IMG/VR virus record: IMGVR_UViG_3300026105_000187 | Span: 1 to 46,481 of that record | Direction: 5' to 3' (one strand) | From: a virus | Lineage: Duplodnaviria > Caudoviricetes | DNA: 46,481 nt | Program-made: the position numbers and the translations under genes | Notes under the pieces: model-generated | Database searches by the model: none | What the model saw: only the letters and a program-made list of their open reading frames with translations | What the model was told of the DNA's origin: nothing | In this document: positions 1-10,118 of the stretch, in pieces | Numbering within the stretch: the stretch's first letter is position 1 | Layout of the letters: the number at the start of each line of letters is the position of its first letter

Positions 1-1
1 G

Positions 2-3000
2 TGGGATCTGTCTAACGCTAAATTCCTAAATCCCTACCAAGGCGAAGTAGTATTCAGTGCTAATAATTGGAACACACTGTTTTCTGATGCTAACTCTATA
101 GATGTATATGAATGGGTAGAAACAGATCTACTACCTAGCGAATGGGATCAGTTAGCCAACACAGAGCAAGGATTTAATCGCGGAATTAGCGGCACTAGTC
201 GATATAGTGATTCTGCATATGTAACTAAACGCACTTATGATAAAGCGTCTCAGACATTCAGCAGACGTTATTATTATTGGGTGCAGAATAAACTTACGGT
301 TCCTAATCAAGAAAATAGAAATTTATCTGCGCAAGACATAGCCGATCTAATTAGAGATCCTCAGAGCGAAGGTTATCGGTTTGTAAGTTTGATATCCCCA
401 ACAGAATTTGCTTTATATAATTGCGAAGGCCTTATCACAGACAAAGATGTTGCAATTAGCATTCAGTACTATACAATAGATGATCAATCTATTAATATTC
501 ATAACCAGTATGAAATTATTTCTGAAGGATTGGCATCAAGCAGACCAAATCGAGACGTGGAACAAAAATGGTTTGACAGTTTGGTAGGATTTGATGTGAC
601 TAGACGTCCTGTTCCTGCTCCTGAACTAAGCGAAAAAGAAAAGTACGGAATTCTAAATACTCCTAGACAGGGATGGTTTATAAATAGAGCAGAAGCATTA
701 AAGCAGGTGATAGAAAGAATAAATTCGATTCTTATCGGCACACTTATTGTTGATGAAAAAGACATTTCAAGATTAACCGAACAAGAAAAACAGCCTTCTG
801 CCGCCTCAAACCTATTTGATACTCGTGTTGAATCAGATCTAGATCTAGAATTTATCGGAGTTGCTAGAGCAAGACAGGCTCAACTATCTGCTGTAATAGA
901 AAATGGAAAATTAATTAGAGTAGAAATACTTGATTCTGGCCGAGGGTATCTCGCTCCACCTACAGTTGAAGTACTAGGAACTGGGGTAGGAGCAGAGATT
1001 ACAGTACAAATTGACAGCCAAGGCAGAGTAGTAGAAGCAACTGTCGAATCTCAAGGAGAATTCTATCAAACAAATACAGGAATCTCAGTACGGCGATTTA
1101 CTGCTTTAGTAGAAAACGACAGTACGCTGGACGGCAGGTGGGCATTGTATGAACGAAACACAGAATCCGGCGAGTGGGTGCGTGCAGCAAGCCAAGGATT
1201 CGACGTTTCGCAGTATTGGGAATATCGTGATTGGTACATGCAGGGCTATAATCAATTTACTAACATAGATTATGTGATAGATGCTTCTTATGAGCTTCAA
1301 AGTCTCGATGATAGAATAGGTGATATTGTTAAAATTGAAAACATTGGTTCTGGCGGTTGGCTGTTATTAGAAAAAATCGATAATCGAAATACAACTAATT
1401 ACACTGTAAACTACAGAACAATCGGAAGACAAGACGCAACACTGCAATTTAAAGACACACTCTACAATGTTGAATCTAGCTTGGTAGGATTTGATGTTAC
1501 TAGCTACGATGATCTAAACTTTGATAGTCTGCCATCTATTGAAACAAGGATAATCCTTGAAACTGTAAGGGATTCTATTTTTACAGGGGATCTCACAGTA
1601 GAATACAATAGATTGTTCTTTGCTAGTCTCCGTTATGTATTCACAGAACAAAATTATGTTGACTGGGCTTTTAAAACCAGTTTTATTAAAGCACAGCATA
1701 ATGTAGGTGAACTCGAGCAAAAGGTTAGTTTCCAAAATGACAGCCTCCCCTCCTATGAATCTTATGTAAACGAAGTTAAACCTTACAGCGCTAACATCAG
1801 AGAATATCTGTCATCATATGAAAGATTAGAAGACAGTAACACTATGGTAACAGATTTTGATCTAGCACCGAGATTTATTGATGTAGACAACACTATACAA
1901 TCTGTTACAGCAAAGGTAGAAAACAACGCTATAGTAGTAAGAGGCGCACCCGTTGAAACTTATCCTGATTTACATTGGCTCGACAATACAGGGTATTCTG
2001 TCACTGCAGTAAATGTATCAAATGGCGGAAGAGGCTATACCTCTGCACCTGTTGTGAATCTCGTTGGCGGAGGCGGAACAGGTGCTAAAGCAGTGTCTTC
2101 TATTGGTCCTAATGGCGAAATAACTGAAATTACTGTCACCTCGCCAGGACAAGATTATCTATCTGCTCCTACGGTAGAGATAAACGGTTCGTTAGCAGAG
2201 AACAGTGAGACAGCAGTCGCGGCGGCTGTCATAGGCAACTCGCCCGTAAGAAGCATGAACACTGTAATCAAATTCGACAGAGTCTCTGGAGAGTTTGAAT
2301 TTGTAAATCTCAGGACAGTAGAACAGTTTGTAGGTTCAGGTTCTAGACTAGAATTTAACCTAGAATGGCCTATGGATCTGCGTACAACAAGGGTAAGAGT
2401 TTTTGTAGACGGATCAGAAGCATTGGGAGGTTTATACACATATTCTAATATGCTTGATACCTCTAAAGGATACGATAGATTCCAAGGAAGGATAGTTTTT
2501 ACAACAGCACCTGCTGAAGGTAAACCTATACAAATAGAATACTTCAAAGCAATAGATTTTCTAAATGCACAAGATAGAATTAACACAGCATACGAACCTG
2601 GACAAGGCAATCTAGGAAAATCACTAGGCCAGCTGATGGAAGGCGTTGATTACGGCGGAGTTGAAGTTACCAGTTTTGGATTTGCTAGCACTAGCGGCTG
2701 GGATTCACAGCCTTGGACTACAAATACTTGGGATATATTTGATACCGAATTCGAAGATGAAATAATACTCAGAAAACAGGTAACACTGAATTTTTCAAGT
2801 AAGATTATAGAAACATACACATTAGACGATTCAGTTGCTTATCAGTTACAGGTATCCGATGAACTGGTTCAAGATAGCACGCACGGAATAGGAAAAATTA
2901 AATCCATAGGAGATACATTTATAGTGTTAGATTGTGATTTGTCCGCACAATTTAACACAGTTGACCAAATTAGAGTATCGTTAGAAGATAGTTCTGAATC

Positions 3001-5518
3001 CCCTGTTGTAATAGAAGATAGTTCTATCGCTGTTCCTGCTAGTGTTGAAGAAATAGTACTGTTAAAAAATCCTCTTTCATCGGAAAACGATTACAACATC
3101 TATATTCAAGAATTAGACGAGAACAGAAACCTTATAAGAGATTTAAGGTTAGACGATCCTGATTTCGGCACTTCTGATCAAACTAATCTAGATGCTGTTA
3201 CAGAAACAATTTCAGGCGATGGGTCTACTCAAGAAATTGTTTTATCTGATTTAAACATACCAACTCAGGTAGTATCTAGCAGTAATGAATTAATCTTAAT
3301 AATTAGAAAAACAACTTCTGACGGTTCCTTTATTCCAGATCCAGAAAGTTATGATACAGCAATTTCTGGAGGGAATCTTGCTTACAGCACAGCACAGGGA
3401 ATAAAAGCCGAAGAAATTAACATAGACGGAGACGGATTTGTAACACCTACAACATCTAAAGGGCCTGAAGAGATAGTACCGGGACAGGTGTTAGATACTC
3501 TTGATATTACAGTTTACGAATCTGTAGGCGCCGGCGCAAGTAACATTGTAGCGCGGAATTATATTGCCGACGGGGAAACGCTGGTATTTGATATCGGCAC
3601 AACACCAGTTAAAGAAGAAAATTTATTTGTGAAAATCGATAATGAAATACAAGATAACACAGATTATCAAATCGACTATGTCAATAACACAATTACTTTT
3701 GGAACAACACCGGCAGAAAACCAAAGAATTAATTTAATTAATCTAGGTAATTCAGCTTCAAGAATTCTAGATATAGAAAAATTTGTAGCCGACGGTGAAA
3801 CAGGACAATTCCTAACCAATGTAAGATGGGGGGACAACATCGAAGCATTCGTAACGGTTAACGGAAAAACTGTAGAGTATGTACTGTTTGAATCTGACAA
3901 TTCCTATGACATAGCAGGAAATGTAATTGTTGAATTACCAACTGTTCCAGCAGAGAATGCAGCAATTAATATTGTGTTGCTTACCGATGGCGTAGAATTT
4001 AGAAACTACAGTGTAGTAGAAACAGACGAATTTATAGCAGACGGGTCTACAGTTGATTTTGTTCTAGACAATAATATTTTTGCTGAACAACCTGCACTTT
4101 CGTATACTATTGTAAAAGTAAATGATACAATACTTTCCGCGGGATATAACGAAAAATTTGCCGTAACTGCAAGTAGAGAATATCAACTCGATCTAACACA
4201 AATTCCTTTAGGATCTGTCAATGCAAACGAATTAGAAGTTTATCTAAACGACAGAAAATTAACACTTCAAACTGAATGGAGTTTTATAGGTTCTGATGTT
4301 TTTGATACAGACAATAACAGCCAGGAAGGCAGTATTATAAAATTAGAACCAGGTATAGGAGGAGCAGGTGATATTCTTCGTGTTTACATAATAGCGGATG
4401 CAGAATATAGATTTGGTTTCTTTGATAGTGAAAATCAATTTGTTCCTACAAGAGGTGAAGATTCTACCTTCCCAGTTTTATATCTAAATCAGCCTTACAC
4501 AGCAGGCGATAAAATTACTGTATACACTTTTAGTAATCACGATAGCCAAAAAATAGAAAGGCAAAGACTAGAAGTTAGCGAAAATGTTGAAACTACACCT
4601 GGCACCGATGCATATTATGCGTTTAGAAGATTAGAAAGAGGAATCATATCTCTGCGGACAAATGCACAATCAACTGAAGAAGTCTGGGTGGTGCAAAATG
4701 GCGAATTGTTATCTCCTAGTGTTAATTATTGGGTATCGGAAGATGGAAGCACAGTTAATCTAGTAAATTCTCCACAGCAAGGTGATGTTATAGAAGTTAT
4801 TCATTTTTCAAACTCTGCTATTACTAATAGATTTGGTTGGCGACAATTTAAGGACATGCTTAATAGAACTCATTATAAGAAACTAGGCAAGGTGTTTAGA
4901 CTAGGTAATGATCTTAAATTTGATGATACTGTAATTGAGGTTGAAGATGCTAGCGAACTGCCACAACCTGATTACAACACAAAAACACCAGGCGTAATTT
5001 TCCTAGATAAGGAAAGAATTGAATACTTTATCAAAGACGGGAATCAGTTAAAACAATTACGCAGAGGCACTCTCGGAACCGGTGTCAAACAAAGTTATTC
5101 TGCCGGAACTGTGTTTATGGAACAGGGTAGATCTAATAATCTTCCTTATAGAGATCAAACTGATACGGTTAGTTTTGTAGGTGATGCTATCACGTTTTCC
5201 TTCAAGCCAGGATTTGACATCACATCTCAAGACGAAATAGAAGTATTTGTTGCTGGCAAACGATTACACAACAATAGTATAGAAGCATTTGATAATACAG
5301 TTGCGCAAGATTCCCCGGAAGGTGACGTAGTTCAGCCGCCGGAGTATTCAGTTGTTAACGGCGAAGTTAAACTAGAAAACACTCCCGACAACGATGTTGA
5401 TATAACAGTTACAAGAAAAATTGGAACAAGATGGAACGATGAAGGAACTCCTTTAGCACGTAGTAACACCGATGTTGCACGTTTCTTACAATCAAGCACA
5501 ACGGATCTACCACGATAA
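2..5518 (+). CDS. Giant virion structural protein (baseplate wedge-like), 5'-truncated by the window edge
   Basis: The frame of the 281..5518 ORF is open back to base 2 (WDLSNAKFLNPYQG...IDVYEWVE...YYYWVQ), so GTG 281 is not the true start. It has GRGY-x2-P-x-V..G-x-GA repeats typical of T4-like structural proteins and repeated F-x-(A/G)DG-x-T-x2-F modules, and it lies upstream of the tail fibre genes. Confidence 0.75.
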   Translation, partial: WDLSNAKFLNPYQGEVVFSANNWNTLFSDANSIDVYEWVETDLLPSEWDQLANTEQGFNRGISGTSRYSDSAYVTKRTYDKASQTFSRRYYYWVQNKLTVPNQENRNLSAQDIADLIRDPQSEGYRFVSLISPTEFALYNCEGLITDKDVAISIQYYTIDDQSINIHNQYEIISEGLASSRPNRDVEQKWFDSLVGFDVTRRPVPAPELSEKEKYGILNTPRQGWFINRAEALKQVIERINSILIGTLIVDEKDISRLTEQEKQPSAASNLFDTRVESDLDLEFIGVARARQAQLSAVIENGKLIRVEILDSGRGYLAPPTVEVLGTGVGAEITVQIDSQGRVVEATVESQGEFYQTNTGISVRRFTALVENDSTLDGRWALYERNTESGEWVRAASQGFDVSQYWEYRDWYMQGYNQFTNIDYVIDASYELQSLDDRIGDIVKIENIGSGGWLLLEKIDNRNTTNYTVNYRTIGRQDATLQFKDTLYNVESSLVGFDVTSYDDLNFDSLPSIETRIILETVRDSIFTGDLTVEYNRLFFASLRYVFTEQNYVDWAFKTSFIKAQHNVGELEQKVSFQNDSLPSYESYVNEVKPYSANIREYLSSYERLEDSNTMVTDFDLAPRFIDVDNTIQSVTAKVENNAIVVRGAPVETYPDLHWLDNTGYSVTAVNVSNGGRGYTSAPVVNLVGGGGTGAKAVSSIGPNGEITEITVTSPGQDYLSAPTVEINGSLAENSETAVAAAVIGNSPVRSMNTVIKFDRVSGEFEFVNLRTVEQFVGSGSRLEFNLEWPMDLRTTRVRVFVDGSEALGGLYTYSNMLDTSKGYDRFQGRIVFTTAPAEGKPIQIEYFKAIDFLNAQDRINTAYEPGQGNLGKSLGQLMEGVDYGGVEVTSFGFASTSGWDSQPWTTNTWDIFDTEFEDEIILRKQVTLNFSSKIIETYTLDDSVAYQLQVSDELVQDSTHGIGKIKSIGDTFIVLDCDLSAQFNTVDQIRVSLEDSSESPVVIEDSSIAVPASVEEIVLLKNPLSSENDYNIYIQELDENRNLIRDLRLDDPDFGTSDQTNLDAVTETISGDGSTQEIVLSDLNIPTQVVSSSNELILIIRKTTSDGSFIPDPESYDTAISGGNLAYSTAQGIKAEEINIDGDGFVTPTTSKGPEEIVPGQVLDTLDITVYESVGAGASNIVARNYIADGETLVFDIGTTPVKEENLFVKIDNEIQDNTDYQIDYVNNTITFGTTPAENQRINLINLGNSASRILDIEKFVADGETGQFLTNVRWGDNIEAFVTVNGKTVEYVLFESDNSYDIAGNVIVELPTVPAENAAINIVLLTDGVEFRNYSVVETDEFIADGSTVDFVLDNNIFAEQPALSYTIVKVNDTILSAGYNEKFAVTASREYQLDLTQIPLGSVNANELEVYLNDRKLTLQTEWSFIGSDVFDTDNNSQEGSIIKLEPGIGGAGDILRVYIIADAEYRFGFFDSENQFVPTRGEDSTFPVLYLNQPYTAGDKITVYTFSNHDSQKIERQRLEVSENVETTPGTDAYYAFRRLERGIISLRTNAQSTEEVWVVQNGELLSPSVNYWVSEDGSTVNLVNSPQQGDVIEVIHFSNSAITNRFGWRQFKDMLNRTHYKKLGKVFRLGNDLKFDDTVIEVEDASELPQPDYNTKTPGVIFLDKERIEYFIKDGNQLKQLRRGTLGTGVKQSYSAGTVFMEQGRSNNLPYRDQTDTVSFVGDAITFSFKPGFDITSQDEIEVFVAGKRLHNNSIEAFDNTVAQDSPEGDVVQPPEYSVVNGEVKLENTPDNDVDITVTRKIGTRWNDEGTPLARSNTDVARFLQSSTTDLPR

Positions 5519-5521
5519 ATA
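5512..5521 (+). promoter_or_regulatory. T4-type late promoter candidate (ACGATAAATA)
   Basis: TAAATA core overlaps the upstream stop codon, 19 nt before ATG 5541. The same 10-mer recurs at 10085-10094. Confidence 0.6.
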
Positions 5522-5540
5522 GAGTATAGGAACACATAAA

Positions 5541-6155
5541 ATGACAGATAAATTCGATGATTACAACGGCGTTTTGCTACAGGGCCATATTAAAATTCAT
5601 GATCCTGAATCTGGAGAAACTATAGTTGATAAACGTAATGCTATACACTATGAAAATTTTTCCATCTCGCTAGCAGAAAGTATAGGAAATGAAGGTACAG
5701 GGTTTGTTTCCTCAATGGCATTTGGGAATGGAGGAACATCAATTGATCCTACAGGAATAATTACCTATCTTACGCCGAATTCAACTGGAACAAACGCAAG
5801 TTTGTATAACCAAACTTATTCAAAAATAGTTGATGACAGGTCTGTAAACAACGTAGATCCAATTAGAAACAAAATTGAAACTAGACATGTAAGCGGCACA
5901 AATTATACTGATTTAGTAATTACCTGTCTCCTAGATTACGGAGAACCGGAAGGACAAGACGCATTTGATACCGCAAACGATGAAACAAATTCTTTCATTT
6001 TTGACGAACTAGGTTTAAGAGCTTTTTCTCCTTCAGGAGAAGGCAGATTACTTACTCACGTTATTTTCCATCCTGTGCAAAAGAGCCTTAATAGACTCAT
6101 ACAGATTGATTATACGGTAAGAGTACAGTCATTAAGCGGATTTAACGAGGTGTAA
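5541..6155 (+). CDS. Virion structural protein (baseplate/fibre attachment-like)
   Basis: 204 aa with an AGGA RBS, located between the baseplate-type gene and the fibres. The FDELGL motif is reminiscent of baseplate/fibre-anchor proteins. Confidence 0.55.
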   Translation: MTDKFDDYNGVLLQGHIKIHDPESGETIVDKRNAIHYENFSISLAESIGNEGTGFVSSMAFGNGGTSIDPTGIITYLTPNSTGTNASLYNQTYSKIVDDRSVNNVDPIRNKIETRHVSGTNYTDLVITCLLDYGEPEGQDAFDTANDETNSFIFDELGLRAFSPSGEGRLLTHVIFHPVQKSLNRLIQIDYTVRVQSLSGFNEV

Positions 6156-6158
6156 TGA

Positions 6159-8183
6159 ATGGCATATTCAATACCTTACACAGACGAAACAAATAATGGT
6201 GTCATTACTGTAGTAGATAGCACACTAAACGAAGACACTAGTCTTAAATTTCCTGGTCGAAACTTCAGTGGTTATGGACCTGCTATAGCAGAAAATTTCC
6301 TTCACCTTTTAGAAAATTTTGCAAGTGCAACTGAACCACCAAGACCGACAGAAGGTCAATTATGGTTCAATACAACTCTCGGAGAAGAACAACTAAAAGT
6401 GTATGACGGCACAAATTGGGTGCCTAGCGGGGGATTAAACCGAGCAGCAAACGAACCAGACGTTGCACAAGCACAGACCGGAGATTTATGGGTAGATACA
6501 GACAATCAGCAGTTGTACTTAAATTCGGGCGCAGGCTGGGTCCTTGTAGGACCTAATTTTGCAGACGGGTTAGCAACGGGTGCATCGCCGCTTACTGTTA
6601 CAGGAATAGATAACCTAGAGTATACGATTGTTTTAGTTGAAGTAAGAGCACGGCCTGTGGCTATCATAGCATCGGACGAATTTACTCCTAAAACATCTAT
6701 AGCCGGATTTACTACAATCAAACCAGGCGTAAACCTTTCAAATAGAAATATAACTGGCGCGGGCGAACCGAAATTTATTGGAACTTCGGAAAAAGCAGAA
6801 TCTCTTATTGTTAACAATGATACAGTCGAAGCCGGCAATTTTTTAAGGGGTGATACGACTAGCACTACGCTTTTTCCAATTAATATACAAAACAATACAG
6901 GCGCAATAATAGGTACTGATGCTGCTCTTAATATTGGAGTAGAAGGACAAGCAGGTATAATACAACATCAAATAGAAGGATCTAATATAGATGTTAGAGT
7001 AAGGAGTGGCGGAACATCTAGAACTGTTTTGAGAATAGACAGTTCTAGAAGGCTAGGGATTAACAATGAATCTCCCGAAGAAGCACTTGATGTAATAGGT
7101 AATATGCAAACAGATTCCAGTTTGCGTGTAAATGGTACCGAACAAAGTTTAACTTTAAATACAGGAGCAATTACTACAAAAGGTGGAGTAGGCATTGCAA
7201 AAAACCTCAATGTAGGAGGCAACTCTACCTTTTCTAATCTAGCAACCTTTGCAAATATAGTACCAGACGGTAACAATACAAGAAACTTTGGCTCTCCTGA
7301 AGCAAAATGGCAAACAGCATATGCAACAACATTTGTAGGAAATCTTACTGGAAATGTAAACGGCACAGTATCAGGAATAGCAGGATCTTCTAATAAACTT
7401 ACAAGTGCAACAACTTTTAAACTTTCAGGAGACCTTACTGCTGACGATGTAGTGTTTGATGGACAAACTGGCGGCTTGACAAAGGTATTTGAAGCCGAAT
7501 TAAGTAATGCAGTTATTTCTGCAAAAGAAGAAATTTCTACTACTACCATAGACGATGAAATTCTAATCAACAGAAGAACTGGAACTACAGGTTTATTTAA
7601 AGTAAGCCGAAGAAATCTACTTAAAGCAGTACCAGTAAATCCTCCAGGTGTAGTGTTACCTTATGCAGGAGTTAATGCTCCGGGAGGTTGGCTATTGTGC
7701 GACGGCACAGAATATAGGATTTCAGACTTTCCAGATCTTTTCGAAGTAATACAATACGAGTTCGGAGCAAGACCAATAGTACCAGAAGGATTTTTCCGTG
7801 TACCAGACCTTAGAGGGAGATTACCTCTGGGTGCTGACAATATGGGCGGCAACAGTGCAAATGTTGTTACCGAAGGTTATGCAGACGGAATAGGCAGAAC
7901 CGGCGGATCAGAAACAACTTCAATCGGTGTTGACAATCTGCCAGAACACGAACATGATCTTAGAGGGGATTCTGGCGATCAGTACTATGCTATTAGAGAC
8001 GTTGCGGGAATTCCGAGAGACCCCGAAGCAATACAATATGATGCGCCGCAAAGTCTTGGTAACGGCCAGGCTTTGCCTAAAAGCGGAGGAATCATTTCGG
8101 ATGCAGAGATAGGACAGCCGCTTGATGTAATGAACCCAACACTTACAATGAATTATATAATTTTTACTGGCAGGGTTTCATAA
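6159..8183 (+). CDS. Tail fibre protein with C-terminal tail collar domain
   Basis: Shared N-terminal ENFLHLLENFA...GQLW domain. The collar signature is PPGVVLPYAG..APGGWLLCDG...F.VPDLRGR...MNPTLTMNYII. Confidence 0.85.
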   Translation: MAYSIPYTDETNNGVITVVDSTLNEDTSLKFPGRNFSGYGPAIAENFLHLLENFASATEPPRPTEGQLWFNTTLGEEQLKVYDGTNWVPSGGLNRAANEPDVAQAQTGDLWVDTDNQQLYLNSGAGWVLVGPNFADGLATGASPLTVTGIDNLEYTIVLVEVRARPVAIIASDEFTPKTSIAGFTTIKPGVNLSNRNITGAGEPKFIGTSEKAESLIVNNDTVEAGNFLRGDTTSTTLFPINIQNNTGAIIGTDAALNIGVEGQAGIIQHQIEGSNIDVRVRSGGTSRTVLRIDSSRRLGINNESPEEALDVIGNMQTDSSLRVNGTEQSLTLNTGAITTKGGVGIAKNLNVGGNSTFSNLATFANIVPDGNNTRNFGSPEAKWQTAYATTFVGNLTGNVNGTVSGIAGSSNKLTSATTFKLSGDLTADDVVFDGQTGGLTKVFEAELSNAVISAKEEISTTTIDDEILINRRTGTTGLFKVSRRNLLKAVPVNPPGVVLPYAGVNAPGGWLLCDGTEYRISDFPDLFEVIQYEFGARPIVPEGFFRVPDLRGRLPLGADNMGGNSANVVTEGYADGIGRTGGSETTSIGVDNLPEHEHDLRGDSGDQYYAIRDVAGIPRDPEAIQYDAPQSLGNGQALPKSGGIISDAEIGQPLDVMNPTLTMNYIIFTGRVS

Positions 8184-8184
8184 A

Positions 8185-10077
8185 ATGAGCTATAGACTAA
8201 ACAAAACAAACGGTGAATTGGTTGTAGAACTAGCTGATGGGCAAATTGATACAACTAGTACGGATATTACATTAGTAGGAAGAAATTATCGCGGCTTTGG
8301 CGAAATTTTTAACGAAAACTTTATAAAAATAATCGAAAATTTTGCAAATACCTTGCCACCCAATTCTCCCTTAAAAGGGCAATTATGGTATGATACTCAG
8401 TTACAAAGGCTAAAGATATATAACGGCACAGAATTTAGAGCTGCCGGTTCACCTATTGTTAGTTCAACTAGACCTTCTCTTGTGCAAGGAGATCTATGGA
8501 TAGATAATCAAAATAAAAAACTTTATTTCTATGACGGAAATGTAGACGGCGAAGTAACATTGGTTGGCCCTGAATACGACGATGCCCAAGGGAAAACTGG
8601 TATAGAAGTCGAATCTGTAGTTGACATTAATTCACAAGAAAGAGTAGTAATTAAATTACTCATAGCCGGAGAACTTTTTGCTGTTTTAACCAAAGATAGT
8701 TTTAGACTTTCTGGAACTAGAAAAATACTAGGATATCCAGACGATCCTAATGATACAGTTGTTCCATCTAGACAATTATTCCAAAAAGGATTTAATCTTG
8801 TAGATCAAGAATATTTGTTTAGAGGCACAGCCGAATCTGCTCTTGCTCTTATAGACGAGGACGGAAATACAAGATCAACAGCAAACTTTCTACCATCAGA
8901 TTCTGATGCGACTACAATAGGAAGTTTGACAGTAAACAACTCCAATGGTTTAAGAGTCGGTGTTAACGATGTAGTATATTCAAACTACAAGGTAATAGGC
9001 ACTACTACAGTAATTGAAACTCAGCAAAATCAAACTGATGTAGCAGTAAGGACAAGAGTCGGAAACCAATTTACAGTTCCTTTATTCATCGACAGTAGTG
9101 AATCAAGAATTGGAATATACAATGAATCACCACAGTATACACTTGACATAAACGGTGATTTTCGAACATCTGGCAATACAGTGATAGACGGTGACCTCAC
9201 GGTTAACGGCAGTGCTACTTATGTAAATGTTGATACTCTAAAAGTATTAGATAAAAATATTGAACTTGCGCTGTTGGACGACAGTACAGAAGGCGACGAT
9301 ACTAGCGTAGACGGCGCAGGAATAACAGTAAGGTCAACTGGGGGTTCTAAAGATCTATCTTGGCAACAGGACACAAACAGTTGGACTTCAAATGTTAATT
9401 TTAACATAGAATCTGGAAACGAATACAAAATTAATGGCGATTTAGTATTATCCCGCACAGAACTAGGACCAACAATAACCAGAGCTAATGGTTTATCTAG
9501 TATAGGTACTTTAACGGAGTTAAATGTAGATAACATTACACTTGATGGTAACACGCTATCTACTGCAAACGTAGGACTTACTATTGATGCTTCAGGTGAT
9601 GTTTCTGTATCTAACTCGAGATTGACCAATCTCGATGAACCTGTAGATGGCCAAGACGCAGTTACTAAAAATTATGTTGATATTCAAATTGACTCTACAG
9701 ACGTTGCGCTTAGTTTAGACACAACTGGGCTCTCCAATCCTGCTGTAGAAAATCCGTATAACGATGTCCAAACCATCCTAGAATCGATATCCCCTGCTAG
9801 CCAAAAACAAGACGGTGTACGTGCCAGAATCCACTGCGTTTCTTATACTAACACAACGATTAGTGGAATAGACATTCAGGCTGCTGTTAACAAAGAATTT
9901 GTAACTATCAATAACATACAAGAGCCCTTTGATCTAGAAGAAAATCTAACAGCAGAAAGCGTACTCCAAGACGTAAATTTTGATTCTATATCTGCACCTT
10001 TTTCTCCTATTCCTAATCGAACCACAATGACTTTTGAAATTTCAGGATCACAGTGGAATTGGCAAAACACAGTTTAG
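8185..10077 (+). CDS. Tail fibre protein (paralog 2)
   Basis: Same N-terminal domain (LVGRNYRGFGE..NENF..ENFA..GQLW), plus fibre motifs RIGIYNESPQYTLDING and DAVTKNYVD. Confidence 0.75.
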   Translation: MSYRLNKTNGELVVELADGQIDTTSTDITLVGRNYRGFGEIFNENFIKIIENFANTLPPNSPLKGQLWYDTQLQRLKIYNGTEFRAAGSPIVSSTRPSLVQGDLWIDNQNKKLYFYDGNVDGEVTLVGPEYDDAQGKTGIEVESVVDINSQERVVIKLLIAGELFAVLTKDSFRLSGTRKILGYPDDPNDTVVPSRQLFQKGFNLVDQEYLFRGTAESALALIDEDGNTRSTANFLPSDSDATTIGSLTVNNSNGLRVGVNDVVYSNYKVIGTTTVIETQQNQTDVAVRTRVGNQFTVPLFIDSSESRIGIYNESPQYTLDINGDFRTSGNTVIDGDLTVNGSATYVNVDTLKVLDKNIELALLDDSTEGDDTSVDGAGITVRSTGGSKDLSWQQDTNSWTSNVNFNIESGNEYKINGDLVLSRTELGPTITRANGLSSIGTLTELNVDNITLDGNTLSTANVGLTIDASGDVSVSNSRLTNLDEPVDGQDAVTKNYVDIQIDSTDVALSLDTTGLSNPAVENPYNDVQTILESISPASQKQDGVRARIHCVSYTNTTISGIDIQAAVNKEFVTINNIQEPFDLEENLTAESVLQDVNFDSISAPFSPIPNRTTMTFEISGSQWNWQNTV

Positions 10078-10083
10078 AGTTAT

Positions 10084-10099
10084 TACGATAAATATCGTA
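10084..10099 (+). promoter_or_regulatory. Late promoter candidate GATAAATA inside the inverted repeat TACGATA-AA-TATCGTA
   Basis: Intergenic; the TAAATA core ends 24 nt before ATG 10119 and is flanked by 7 bp perfect arms. Confidence 0.6.
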
Positions 10100-10118
10100 T
10101 ATAACCAGGGTTTTTCAA

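Noticed and set aside
281-283. GTG start of the 1745 aa ORF
   Set aside because: The frame is open upstream to base 2, so the gene starts outside the window.
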